DNA of 64,000 nucleotides. Source: the human T2T-CHM13v2.0 reference genome, Homo sapiens. The notes below the pieces were generated by a model that saw only the letters and a program-made list of their open reading frames with translations, ran no database searches and was not told the DNA's origin. Positions 1 to 17,736 of this stretch are shown piece after piece (position 1 is the first letter of the stretch; each line of letters begins with the position of its first letter). The stretch lies in NCBI RefSeq assembly GCF_009914755.1, contig NC_060932.1. One strand, given 5' to 3'. The position numbers were made by a program, and so were the translations under genes.

Positions 1-1990
1 CTAGCCACAGCAATCAGACAAGAGAAAAAAATAAAAGGGTATCCAAATCAGTAAAAAGGAAGTCAAACTGTCTGTCTGCTGATTATATGATTGTGCACCT
101 AGAAAACCCCAAAGACTACTGCAAAAAACTCCTAGAACTGACAAAAAAATCCAGCAAAGTTTCAGGATACAAAATCAATGTACACAAATCAGCAGTAGGT
201 CTACTATATACCAACAGTGGCCAAGCTAAGAATGAAATCAAGAACTCAACCCCTTTTACAATAGCTGCAAAATAAAATAAAATACTTAGGAATATACCTA
301 ACCAAAGAGGCAAAAGACCTCTACAAGGAAAACTACAAAACACTGCTGAAAGAAATAACAGATGACACAAATAAATGGAAGCACATCCCATGCTCATGGA
401 TGGGTAGAATGAAAATTGTGGAAACGACCATATTGCCAAAAGCAATCTACAAATTCAACATAATTCCCATCAAAATACCAGCTATCATTCTTCACAGAAC
501 TAGAAAAAACAATCCTAAAATTCATATGGAACCAAAAAAGCCTGCATAGCCAAAGCAAGTCTAAGCAAAAAGAACAAATCTGGAAGCATTACGTTACCTG
601 ATTTCAAACTACGCTATAAGGCCATAGTCACCAAAACAGCACAGTACTAGTATAAAAACAGGCACACAGACAAATGGAACAGAATAGAGAACTCAGAAAT
701 AAAATCAAATAACTGATCTTCAACAAAGCAAACAGAAACATAAAGTGGGGAAAGGACACCCTATTCATCAGATGGTGCTGGGATAATTGGGTAGCCACAT
801 GTAGGAGAATGAAACTGGTTCCTCATCTCTCACCTGATACAAAAATCAACTCAAGATGGATCGAGGACTTAAATCTAAGACCTGAAACTATATAAAAATT
901 CTAGAAGATAACATCAGGAAAACCCTTCTAGACATTGGCTTAGGCAAGGGTTTCATGACCAAGAACCCAAAAGCAAAAACAATAAAAGCAAAGATAAACA
1001 GGTGGGACTTAATTAAACCAAAGAGCTTTTGAACAGCAAAAGGAAGAATCAGCAGAGTAAAAAGGCAACCCACAGTATGGGAGAAAATCTTCACAATCTA
1101 TACATCTGGCAAAAGACTAATATCTAGCATCTACAACGAACTCAAACAAATTAGCAAGAAAAAAACAATCCCATCAAAAAGTGGGCTATGGACATGAACA
1201 GACAATTCTTAAAAGAAGATATACAAATAGCCAACAAACATATGAAAAAATGCTCAACATCACTAATGATCAGGGAAATGCAAATCAAAACCACAATGTG
1301 ATACCACCTTACCCCCGCAAAAATGGCTATAATCAAAAAATCAAAAAATAATAGATGTTGGTGTGTATATAGTGACCACTTCTACACTGCTGGTGGAAAA
1401 GTAAACTAGTACAACCACTATACAAAACAGTGTGGAGATTCCCTAAAGAGTTAAAAGTAGAACTACCATTTGATCCAGCAATCCCACTACTGGGTATCTA
1501 CCCAGAGGAAAATAACTTATTATATGAAACAGATACTTCCACACGTATGTTTATAGCAGCACAATTCGCAATTGCAAAAATGTGGAACCAACCCAAATGT
1601 CCATCAATTGAGTGGACTACTACTCAGCCATCAAAAGGAATGAATTAATGGCATTTGCAACTACTTGGATGAGATTGGAGACTTACTCTAAGTGAAGTAA
1701 CTCAGGAATGAAAAACCAAACATCGTATGTTCCATGTGTTCTCACTAATAAGTGGGAGCTAAGCTATGAAGATGCAAAGGCATAAGAATGACACAATGAA
1801 CTGTGGGAACTCAGGGGGAAAGAGTGGGAAGGGAGTGAGGGATAAAAGACAACAAGTTGTGTTCAATGTATACTGCTTGGGTGATGGGTTCACCAAAATC
1901 TCACAAATCACTACTGAAGAACTTACTCATGTAACCAAATACCACCTGCTCCCCAAAAACCTACGGAAATAAAAAATTTAAAAAAAAAAG
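1..1990 (+). mobile_element. L1PB-like LINE-1 3' portion (degenerate ORF2 end, 3' UTR, A-tail), antisense to ATAD2 intron 8
   Basis: ORF2 peptides MIVHLENPKD and [15 protein letters not shown]; L1PB-type 3' UTR; AATAAA and A run at 1967-1990. Confidence 0.9.
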
Positions 1991-2215
1991 AGGAAAAGAG
2001 GGGCTGAGGCAAGTCAGTATAATCCATTTTCATAGGAAAATGTTTCCTAAATTTGAAAAACAAAAACCAAAAATAAAATAAAATAAATAAAAAACATTTA
2101 AACACACATATCTGTCTACATGTGCTCATCCCCCAATCTCCATTTTACTGAAAGCCAATTAAAAATCTGACACCCACAAACACTGGACCAGCACTTTGAA
2201 TCTAACCAATAACTC

Positions 2216-3625
<1,410 letters not shown>

Positions 3626-4140
3626 TCAAAGAAAATAAATGTTTCCTACAACAGAAGAGGAATAAATTATAAAATAGATCCAGAAAAAGATAACCAGAGT
3701 CATGAAAGGTCTAGAGGCCATGTAGCTTAGAACATCTGACATGGTAGGAAAATGCATCTGTGATAGTATGCAAAGAAAAGACTAAACCTATATTCTAACT
3801 TAATGTGAAGATTAAATGAAACAATCTACGTAAAATGCTTAACACAGAGCCAGGACTACAGTAAACCCTGAGTCTAAGGTTGCTCTATTATTAAAGTGTG
3901 GAAAAATGGAATAAACTACCTTACTACGGTAGTTACTAACACCTCCTATTAGTGGAAGCAAAAGCAAAAACTAGTCAGTGGTACTGGGGATTAGACTACT
4001 AAAGGTATAGAAACTAAGCTCTCCCAAATACACAATTCTAGAATTTTATCCTAATACACCCAATCCTGAAAGTCTAGAGTCCAGCCCTAACATAAAAACA
4101 ATTATGTTGTCATAAATCAATCACTATATCAGAACCAAAC

Positions 4141-4258
4141 CTGTTCATTCGTTTACAGTAAGGACTTCTTGGTCCTGCGGAAGATAATCGGTATCTTGGT
4201 CTTGCAGGAGAAGCTGGGCCACTATAAAATATGTTGGGCTTTCTCTGGTGACGAGGTT
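4141..4258 (-). CDS. ATAD2: ATAD2 coding exon 8 (KPRHQRKPNIFYSGPASPARPRYRLSSAGPRSPYCKRMN); the gene continues left of the window
   Basis: Acceptor TTTTAG|AA, donor CAG|GTTTGG; 118 nt; peptide visible in ORF 4110..4343. Confidence 0.96.
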
Positions 4259-4903
4259 CTAAAAAAAAGAAATATATATATATATTTGTATATATATATA
4301 TATATGGCATACAAATATGTATGAAGATAATTTTGCTCTTCATCTAAATACTTACAAAGGTGCTTATTGCCTTCCATGAAGTACTAGTAAATATCTACTA
4401 TGGAATATTTTGCTGTTCATATTTTAAGTCATTTATGTCCAGAGGGTTGCAGCTGATAACATGTATAGCACAGATACCAACCAACCAAAACACACACAGG
4501 CCATAAACAACCATTGTGACTGTAGAGATGTGTAACAGGTTGATTATCAGCCTTGTATATTAATGCTCACAAGTACTGTGGTATAATATTAACATAAATC
4601 AAAAGAAGTCCTATCTCTATACAAACTGACAAAATAAATTAAGTAGAAAGCTGTGCAGTCTAAAGTAAAGACAGATATAAAATTCAAAAATAGCCCAGTT
4701 ATTTGCTTTGGTCAAGGCAAACATTTAACTTTCTTCAGAGAAATTATTTGTTACAAACTTAGGATAGGTAAAGACAACAGTAATGAGTATTCAACAAAAT
4801 GAAAATATGAAAAATACCAAAAAGACAAGAATAACAGAGAAGAAACAGGAAATATAAAGCTAATATAATTACATCTCCTGGAAAGAGTATGTATAGCACT
4901 TAC

Positions 4904-5107
4904 TTTCCAATGGAGCCTGATAGTAAACAGTAGCTTTTCTCTGTCTAAGATAATATCGCTTCTGATTCTCTTCTTCTCCATCTTCTTCATCTTCATCATC
5001 TTCATCATCATCATCATCATCATCATCGTCATCATCATCATCATCTTCATCATCTTCATCTTCACCATCATCTTCATGTTCTTGGTCTTCACCCTCTTCA
5101 GATGACT
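4904..5107 (-). CDS. ATAD2: ATAD2 coding exon 7, acidic Asp/Glu tract (ESSEEGEDQEHEDDGEDED...RYYLRQRKATVYYQAPLE)
   Basis: Acceptor TTGTAG|AG, donor AAA|GTAAGT; 204 nt; contains the GAT repeat. Confidence 0.96.
4975..5078 (-). repeat. Coding (GAT/GAA)n repeat, including 14 consecutive Asp codons
   Basis: Plus strand (ATC)8 GTC (ATC)5 at 5004-5045. Confidence 0.95.
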
Positions 5108-5985
5108 CTACAATTAAGAGATCCTTACTTCCAGAAAGATACTCAGCAAAATGTTAACAATTTTTAACATAGGTGAGTTGGGAGAGAAAGATCCACCCTT
5201 TTAAAACTTATCTACTCCTAAAAAAAAAAAAACAACAAAAAAAAACCAAACTTATCTACTCCTAGATTGTTCATGGGAAGTATTTGTAATTCTTTTCCAA
5301 CATTAAAAAACTGCAGAAAAACACAAGGAAGGAAAAAAGGAAGTAGAGAAAGAAGTTTGAAGGCTACTGTTAAGCAAGCACCAAACTAAAATTTATAGTC
5401 TTTCCATGAATTTCATTAATGTAGGTGACTAAACTTAAGCTTCCAAGTTAACATAACTTTTTGACAAGTTTTCAAATTTCCTCATTAAGCTTTTGCTTTC
5501 TAAACTTAAGTTTGACATTTCACCCAGCCCATCTGGCTGTCATGGAGTTACACGCTGCATAACTCAATCTACTTATGATTATGGTAAAACATGCTCACCA
5601 AACATTTAAAATGCATTTCAGAAAACTGATTTTCACTTAAGATAAGTTCTAATAGATTATGGTAATTAAGTCCTAAATGGAATAGCAAAACATAACTTTA
5701 ATCACCTTTAAACTAAAAAAGAGATATACAGTGTGTTGTCCATAGTGGATGTATTACATAAGCAGACCAATATTATTGGCTTTAGATTGTTGATTTCAGT
5801 TACTTTCCCAAACAAAACATACTATCCTCTTAAGCTCTCCCCTTTCCCCACTTTTAAGTTACCAATCCTCTGATCTCTCACAAACTACCATAAATGTCAC
5901 ACCTTCTAGCTAAAAAGGCTATTTTCTACTAAATAAAAAGTTCTTAAATTCAATCCCAGAAGACAGAACAAGAGAAGAGACTAAC

Positions 5986-6073
5986 CCACACTGCCTTCTT
6001 GATTATCAGTTGTTTCTTCATCAGTTCTTTGAATATCTTTCTGTTTTCCTCTTGTGTACATATTAAGATTGCT
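5986..6073 (-). CDS. ATAD2: ATAD2 coding exon 6 (SNLNMYTRGKQKDIQRTDEETTDNQEGSV)
   Basis: Acceptor TTTTAG|AGC, donor TGG|GTTAGT; 88 nt. Confidence 0.94.
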
Positions 6074-6318
6074 CTAAAAATGTTTAAATAAAAGCCATTA
6101 ACATTTGGAATCTATTTATTAAAAAAATTAAGTTGGATCCTCCAATCTTGTTTAAAATTAAGATATTTACAGCCATAAACTCTTACATTTCCAGCAGTAA
6201 CTAATGACTGATCAAATAAATGCTGGAAAAAGTAGATATTTAATGAAAAATGGATTAGGTACTATAAAAAAATTAAACTGGATATTAAATCATTCCCTTA
6301 ATGGAAGAATATATTTAC

Positions 6319-6421
6319 TTCTTCTGTTTCATTAAACACTCCCAAGTCTTCAAGTTCTCTCATTCGCTGTCTACGCATCTTCTTCATGTCATCCATTTTT
6401 TGAAGTACAGCTTCAGCAGTG
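6319..6421 (-). CDS. ATAD2: ATAD2 coding exon 5 (NTAEAVLQKMDDMKKMRRQRMRELEDLGVFNETEE)
   Basis: Acceptor TTAAAG|C, donor GAA|GTAAAT; 103 nt. Confidence 0.95.
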
Positions 6422-6752
6422 CTTTAAAAAAAAGATATAAATGTAAGTGAAAATTGTAAAAGAGTAGCAGAATTTTAAAAACTTTATTTTTCTTCCATTG
6501 CAAACTTTTGGCACTAAGGTTTTAAATATTTTTATAAGAAGCATTGATTTACTTGTATAAAAATATTTTAAAATTTCTTTCCAAGAATAGAGACATATAC
6601 AGAATTGTCACAAAGACCTCTGATAATCATTCTCCTGTACGCTTTACGTAGTAGAATGCATTAAATGTTTGGGCTGGTTGAAATCCATGATTCCTCCCCA
6701 ACAAAAAGTCTCTGACAGATAAATCATCTTGATCTAAGGAATTTTTACTTAC

Positions 6753-6918
6753 TTAGTTATAAGTTTGTCAAACAGCATGGACTGGTTTACACCACTATAA
6801 CGACTTCTAATCCTACAACTTCGACGCACTTCAACATCACCATTATCTTCATGTAAGTGTTCTGTACTTTGAACGATGTTTCTAGCCCTCAATGACCGAG
6901 TAACTGGAATCACTTTGT
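6753..6918 (-). CDS. ATAD2: ATAD2 coding exon 4 (DKVIPVTRSLRARNIV...MLFDKLIT)
   Basis: Acceptor GTGAAG|AC, donor TAA|GTAAGT; 166 nt; frame open. Confidence 0.95.
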
Positions 6919-7064
6919 CTTCACAAATGCATACATAAAAATAAATAGAAACATTTGAAATAATAGTATTTATAAAACAATTCTAAAATGAACAATTGAA
7001 AAGCTATACTTTCATGTAACAAAATTACAGTATCTTAAACTTAGCTTTCTTAAAAACATCAGAA

Positions 7065-7670
7065 AACAAAAATAAAGTTAAAACATACACCTACCATAAG
7101 ATTGAGCCCACCTACTCCCAGGAGAAGAGGAAAGATATGTAATACAAAGACTTGTACATGAATGTTCAAAGCAGCTTTGTGATAGCCCCAAACCAGAAAC
7201 AACCCAAGTCCATCAAAAGGTGAAGAGATAAATTGTGGTATATCCATATAATGGAATACTACTCATCAACAAAAAAGTGACCACATGGATTCTCAAAGCA
7301 ATTATGATGAGTTGCAAGAAGCCAAACAAAGAATAAATACTGTATGATTCCATTTATATAAAACTGTAGATAATACACACTAAGCTATAATAACAGAGAA
7401 CAGATTCTAAAATGAATGGTCACGGCTATGTTCCAATGAAATTATTTGCTCAGGAAACTGGTGGGGAGTAGTGTCAAAGAGTGAGGAGAGAAGCTAGAAG
7501 AGCCAGGAGGAATTATAAAACGGCCCGGGGAAGTTTTTGGGGGTAATAATTACCTTCACTATCTTATTGTGGTGATGGCTTCATGGCATATACTTACGTT
7601 AAAACCTAACAAATTATACACTTTAAACATGTAAAATTTATTGTAGGTACCTCAAAAAACCTGTAAACAG
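7065..7670 (+). mobile_element. Ancient L1M 3' fragment in ATAD2 intron 3
   Basis: AATGTTCAAAGCAGCTTTG...AATGGAATACTACTCA...TACTGTATGATTCCATTTATAT motifs. Confidence 0.7.
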
Positions 7671-7719
7671 AATATTAATTACACATTTTAAGATCTGAAA
7701 TGACTTTAACAGTACTTAC

Positions 7720-7769
7720 CTTCTCTGTGCTCTTCTTTTTTTTTATCAGCCTGCTGTCTGGCCAACTGC
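7720..7769 (-). CDS. ATAD2: ATAD2 coding exon 3 (RQLARQQADKKKEEHRE)
   Basis: Acceptor ATATAG|G, donor AAG|GTAAGT; 50 nt; phase 2 in, phase 1 out. Confidence 0.95.
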
Positions 7770-7814
7770 CTATATTTTAAAAAATTAGATTAATTCAAAA
7801 TAATTGACATAACT

Positions 7815-8430
<616 letters not shown>

Positions 8431-10269
8431 TATAACTGACATAACTATTTCTTATATTCCATGATACTACAAACAAGACATAACTGTATTTCTTATATTC
8501 TATAATACTACAAACAAGACAAAAAGTTAAATCAGCCTGGAGAACAAATACTAAGATACCTAAAAACTTAAAATATACTGAAAAAAATAGGCCAGGCACA
8601 GTAGTTCACACCTGTAATCTCAGCACTTTGGGAGGTTGAGACGGGTGGATCATGAGGTCAGGAAATCGAGACCATCCTGGCTAACAGGGTGAAACCCCGT
8701 CTCTACTACAAATACAAAAAAATTAGCCAGGCATGGTGGCAGGCGCCTGTAGTCCCAGATACTCAGAAGGCTGAGGCAGGAGAATGGCGTGAACCCAGGA
8801 GGCGGAGCTTGCAGTGAGCCGAGATCCCGCCACTGCACTCCAGCCTGGGCAACAGAGTGACACCTCGCCTCAAAAAAAAAAAAAAAAAAAAAATCTACTA
8901 AGCAAAACAGTATGTGCCATTAATTTGTTTTTAGTGACTCAATTTTCCATCCTTAGGCTGCATCTGTTAATCAACCTATGTATCAAGCTATTTGCAAGTG
9001 GGCTGGTTTATATGTGGAATTTCAAATATTACAACTTAAAGTAAAATAAAACCATCTTTCCCTGATGAGTTAACTTATATATTCTCATTAACAAAGTAAG
9101 TCTTCATTAATTCCTCATCTCTCTTGGAAGACAGGTAAGAATTAAGAAGAAAATAAAAACTTTTGGCTGGGCACAGTGGCTCATGCCTGTAATCCCAGCA
9201 CTTTGGGAGGCCAAGAGTTCAAGACCAGCCTGGCCAACATGGTGAAACTCCATCTCTAGTTAAAAACAAACAAACAAACAAGCAAACAAAACCAAAACCA
9301 GTCAGGTGCCTGTAGTCCCACCTACTCAAGAGCCTGAGGCAGGAGAATCACTTGAACCTGGGAGGCAGTGGCTGCACTGAGCCAAGATTGCACCACTACA
9401 TTCCAGCCCGGGTGACAGAGCACAGGGTCCATCTCAAAAACAAACAAACAAACAAACTTTTGAGTAGTTCATCTACAGGTAAAGGCTTAGTTTCTTCAAA
9501 GGCTCACAGACTTTTCTCATAAAGGAGCTCCTCCCTTCATACCATGTAGGTCTATACATTTTATAAACCAGGCCCCTTTCAGATGCTAGGAACAGAATGA
9601 CTAAAGCACTATTTTTCTGAACCACCCACCCCTACTGTCTTCTTTTTGCCTGCAGGAGGAAAGCAACCTTCCAAGGGTTGGTAAACTTTTCCTTCAATTG
9701 CTATGCACTAAATATTTTAAGCTTGGAAGCCATACAGTCTCCTCTGTCACAGCTACCTAACATTATAGGGTGAAAGGAGCCACATACAAAATGAATGGGC
9801 ATGGCAGTGTTCCAAGGAAACTATTTACAAAAATATGCAGCTGGAGTTTGTCAACCGCTGCAAATCTGATGAAAGCTACGGTATACGCAAGTTTAAACAT
9901 TACTTCAGAGGTTTTGTGTACACTCTGCGAAGACTATACCTAATCACTGGACCCTAGTTAAGAACCCCAGGATCAAGTAAGTAAGTATGTAGATCGTACC
10001 CTCATGACACAGTTACTCATATCTTTCTGTCTTTTTCTAACAATCTTGATCCTCTGGTCTTTGAGCCTCAAGTAGATTGAAAACAAAGAGTAAAAAAAAG
10101 AATGGAAAGGAAGGAAATAAAGAGATTTCTATAGTCAGGCATGCTGACAACAGTGAAAAAGAAACAGGAAAAGTATATGAAAAAGGACTCAGAAATACTG
10201 TAGGCTCTTTTATATAAGCCTTATGCAAACAGACACTGATGTTACCATTACGTAAAATAATCATCACTA

Positions 10270-11740
<1,471 letters not shown>

Positions 11741-12172
11741 GAAATAATTAATATGGCCAGGCACTGTGGCTAGCACCTGTAATCCCAGCACTTTGGGAGG
11801 CTGAGGCAGGGGGATTGCTAGAGTCCAAAAAAGTTCAAGACAAGCCTGGGTAACATGGTGAGACTCCATCTCTACAAAAAATTTAACAATGAGGCAGGGT
11901 GTGGTGGCTCACGCCTGTAATCCCAGCACTTTGGGAGGCCAAGGCAGGCAGATCACTTGAGGTCAGGAGTTCTACACCAGTCTGGCCAACATGGTGAAAT
12001 CCTATCCTCCTAAAAATACAAAAATTAGCTGGGTGTGGTAGGGCATGCCTGTAATCCCAGCTACTCAGAGGCTGAGGCAGGAGAATCACTCGAAGCCAGG
12101 GGGCGGAGGTTGCAGTGAGCCACGATTGCGCCACTGCACTCCAGCCTGGGCAAAAAGAGTGAGACTCCGTCT

Positions 12173-12217
<45 letters not shown>

Positions 12218-13510
12218 GTGTGGTGGTGCAAACTTGCAGTCCCAGCTACTTGGGAGGCTGAGGTGGGAGGACCACTGGATCACTTGAGCCTGGGGGGTTG
12301 AGGCTACTGTGAGCCATGATCATGCCACTACACTCCAGCCTGGGTGACAGAGCAAGGCAATATTCTCAAAAAGAAAAAAAGAATTAATAAAAAGGATAGA
12401 AATTCAATATATTTTAGAAATAATCTAATTAAAAATACCAAGTCATTCCTCTTTAAATCCAGATCGAAAGCATTTATTTTATTATACTCCCTTAAGACCT
12501 TTCTAACATAAAGCCAAACAATGTTTTATAAACTTGAATAATGTACAGATCCTTTTAAAGGTAAAAACAGGACTTCCAACATTAATTTTTTTGTATGACT
12601 ATGTAAACCAAACTAAATAGAAGTTCATCTATAAGTTTTATACAAATAAAACTATAAAACCATCAATAAATATTAATGTAATAAGGGGTTTTGCTAAAAT
12701 GAAATAACCATTTGGTGTATGAATGTGGTATTGACTGCTATCAGTTTCTCTCGAGTTTGGCATGTTGTGTACCATAATTGCTATATATACTGCTGTGTAC
12801 CACGATGGGGCAACTCATCCACTTCTCTTTATTGGAAATGTGCCAAACATTCATTTAAATAGTATGTCATGCTACCACATCATATTGCCTTTCATACAGA
12901 AGCAGATGCATCATTTATGTATTCAGGTCTGATTCTGTTCTTATCTCATTAATCTAAGATAACTAAAGTAGTACTACTTGATGCCAATTCAACTGTAAAC
13001 ACAAATGTATGGCCTCAAATTTTATGGCAATTCTCTATAAGGTAACAATTTAGGGGTCCTAAAATGCTTATTTTTTTCTTCAGATCGTCAAAAACAATTT
13101 TAAGTTCTCAGAGACAGTTAATGGACCACTACCTTACCTCAGAAGAATAAACCTTAAGACTTCAAATTTCAGAAATATCAGGCTGGTTTATATTGTACTT
13201 CATCAATTCTAAAAGTTGTACGTTTCTCCCCATTTTAACATCTCTGAAATTGGAATGTGTCTTACTGATGGCACCTCACAGTTTACTGTCAGTGATTTTC
13301 TTTTTTAGTGTCCCATAAACATTGTCATGTAATTGCTGATACTATGGATTTCATAAAATACAGTATAAAACACTCCATAAATAATGGATAAGACGCAAAT
13401 TAAAAAATATGTATTAAAAGAATGATGAAATAGCTGAGAAAAAAATTAAAAACTCAAAAGGGCATAACCTTGCTTATCTAGAAAATATGGTATACAAAAT
13501 AAGAGAATCA

Positions 13511-13825
<315 letters not shown>

Positions 13826-14662
13826 TCAAAATTCCATTTAAGAGCAGGAGGATTTCAGTCTTCTAAGTCATTACAAATTGTTTATTTATGAGAAGAAGTA
13901 ATGTAAAAACGATTCTTTTTTTTTTTTGAAACAGGGTCTCACTCTCAGTGGCATGATTATAGCTCACTGCAGCCTTGACCTCCCCAGCTCAAGTGATCCT
14001 CCTGCCTCAGCCTCCACAGTAGCTGGGACTACAGGTGTGCGACACCATGCCCAGATAATTTTTTTATTTTTATTTTTTGTAGAGAGAGGGTCTCGTTATG
14101 TTGCCCAGGCTGGTATCAAACTCCCCGACCGAAGTGATCCTTCTGCCTTGGCCTCCCAAAGTGGTAGGATTACAGGTGTGAGCCACAGTGCCCAGCCAAA
14201 ACAATTATTTCATCAAACAAATTTTACCCTAATTGGGGTTTTTCGCCCTGAACCAAAGATATTCCAGTTCCATGAATTTAGCCAAACTACCTAATCCATT
14301 AAAATTGATTTCTTGAGTTTAAAATGGGTTTCATGCCTCCTCTTCTAAAAACCAAAAAACCGTATGTACAGACTGCTTTAGAAATACACCAACACCAACA
14401 CATAGAAATTCATAAATGACTCAGAATTGATAAAAAACTTTATAGCAAGCAATCAGAAACAGAACTACGATTATGAATGAAGGCTTTGTATAGACTATGA
14501 AGTGGAGCCATAAACCACAAGCTAAGTTATAGTCACAAAAGGTCTCTTTAGATACTCAAATACCTGAGAACTGATCCTACGTCAGCTAACCTTGTTAGCT
14601 GTACTCATATGTATCACAGGTATCATCTTTGAATAATAAAAGCATGAATGTGTACATACTAA

Positions 14663-14947
<285 letters not shown>

Positions 14948-15013
14948 TGAGCCATTGCGCCCGGCCACGTATTATTATTATTATTATTATTTTTTTTTTT
15001 TTTTTGAGACTGA

Positions 15014-15112
<99 letters not shown>

Positions 15113-15175
15113 TGAGTAGCTGGGATTACAGGCATGCGCCACCATGCCCAGCTAATTTTGTATATATTTTTTTGA

Positions 15176-15373
<198 letters not shown>

Positions 15374-15630
15374 TGAACTCCTGACCTCAGGTGATCTGTC
15401 TGCCTCGGCCTCCCAAAGTGCTGGGATTACAGGTGTGAGCCACCGTGCCTGGCCACGTATTAATTTTTAATTTAGTCATACTCACTTGTGATCATTTATT
15501 TTCAAATAAACTACATTTTATAGCCCTAGAACCTTGATGACCAGTCAAAAATACACTTCAAAAATTAAAGCAAATCCTAAATTACTGCTTTAAAACTATT
15601 TTGAATTAGTGTTCAACCACCTTGTATTAC

Positions 15631-15779
15631 CTTGTAAAATGCCTGCCATTAGCAAGTTGCTCCGTTATTTCCACATTCTTCTCAAAACTAGAATCTGAAG
15701 AATTCTGTGCATCTTTTCTCAAAGATCTTAAAGCACGTGTCCGGTGGTAGGTTTCAACTTCCTTAACTGATGACCCATC
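15631..15779 (-). CDS. ATAD2: ATAD2 coding exon 2 (DGSSVKEVETYHRTR...NGRHFT)
   Basis: Acceptor TTAAAG|GAT, donor AAG|GTAATA; 149 nt; continues the exon 1 frame. Confidence 0.96.
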
Positions 15780-16350
15780 CTTTAAGAAAAATTAAGAAAG
15801 CCATCTAAGTTTTTCTTTACAAAACTCCAATTTAAATTCCTCCAAAGAGTATTCTCTGATTACAAGTTAGTAAAAACTGCTTTTTGTGCAGAATCATTTT
15901 GTATCTCCCCAAGAAACTACAAGTTAGTATCTAGAAAAACCATTTCATGATAAACAAATATCAGCAATGTCTATGAAGCAGCTAATATAAGATTTACTGG
16001 TTTATAGTTCATAACAAGTAGTTCATAACCACTTTATAAAAAGTAGTCTAGACAGTGAAGTTTTCCACCACTGACGAAAAGTTGCAATAGTTTATTATAG
16101 TAGGTACTCATTTATTTTAAGGCTATAGAAGTTAGAAAGACCTAAGAAAGATACAGACTCACCAAAATACTGTCACCTAACCACCAGCAGCAACCTCAAA
16201 ATAACTGGTCCATCAGAATTATAATTTTGGCTTAAACAATGAAAAAGAGTTATTACTGTATATTTTGCCCAGTTTTAACCCAGCTAATGCAACAGCTGAA
16301 TTAAAAAACTGTTTAGGGCCCGGGCATGGTGGCTTATGCCTGCAATCCTA

Positions 16351-16703
<353 letters not shown>

Positions 16704-16814
16704 CTAGAGGCTAAGTTAATGGGCTGCTTTATGAGCTAGAGGTTCTGTCATAAAGTATTCCAAAGTTCATACACCGCTCTGAGATCATATAGAGTATTTT
16801 CACATTAGAAGTCA

Positions 16815-17195
<381 letters not shown>

Positions 17196-17736
17196 CTAAC
17201 AACTCTATAATTCTATGCCCTACTACTCTGAAAACTGATCAGTTTAGAAAAACGGGCAGTGATTTAGGAAAAAAACACCAAACATTTGAGTCCTTGGATC
17301 ACATCCCAGGCTGGCTTTACTCTATTGTCGAATGTTGTTTTATCAGGGCATTTATTTTTGATTTGAGCAAAATATTTGGTTGGTTCACAATAAAAAGGAT
17401 ATTTATACCACAATAATTTGTGTAAAAATTAGACAGGTACTTCAAAAATATTAAATGATGTGTAAGATTTGTCACCATCTTTATCAATGTACCTATATTT
17501 GAGGATGTTTGAAAAAAGAATACTTACACCTTGGGTGGTGTATTATTTTTAAGACAAATATTTACATCTTAGATCAGTGTAGTGTATAAGACTTTCATTT
17601 TCCAAGGAATATTTAAATGGAATCTGTTTCCAAATTATCAACTTTCATATGTACTTTTTCTTAAAACTGATCAGCCTGAAAAGGCACAAGCCATCCCATT
17701 CATTTGCCCTTCTCCATTTTAAAAAAGAAAGTTCTA

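Noticed and set aside
4751-5092. Poly-Met ORF (MKMMKMMMM...)
   Set aside because: Alternate-frame reading of the GAT repeat in ATAD2 exon 7.
8438-8520. About 40-bp two-copy tandem duplication next to an Alu
   Set aside because: Real but only two copies; ordinary local slippage and not an array.
13385-13402. GGATAAGACGCAAATT resembling the U6 3' half
   Set aside because: Short, mismatched, and no other U6 context or TSD.
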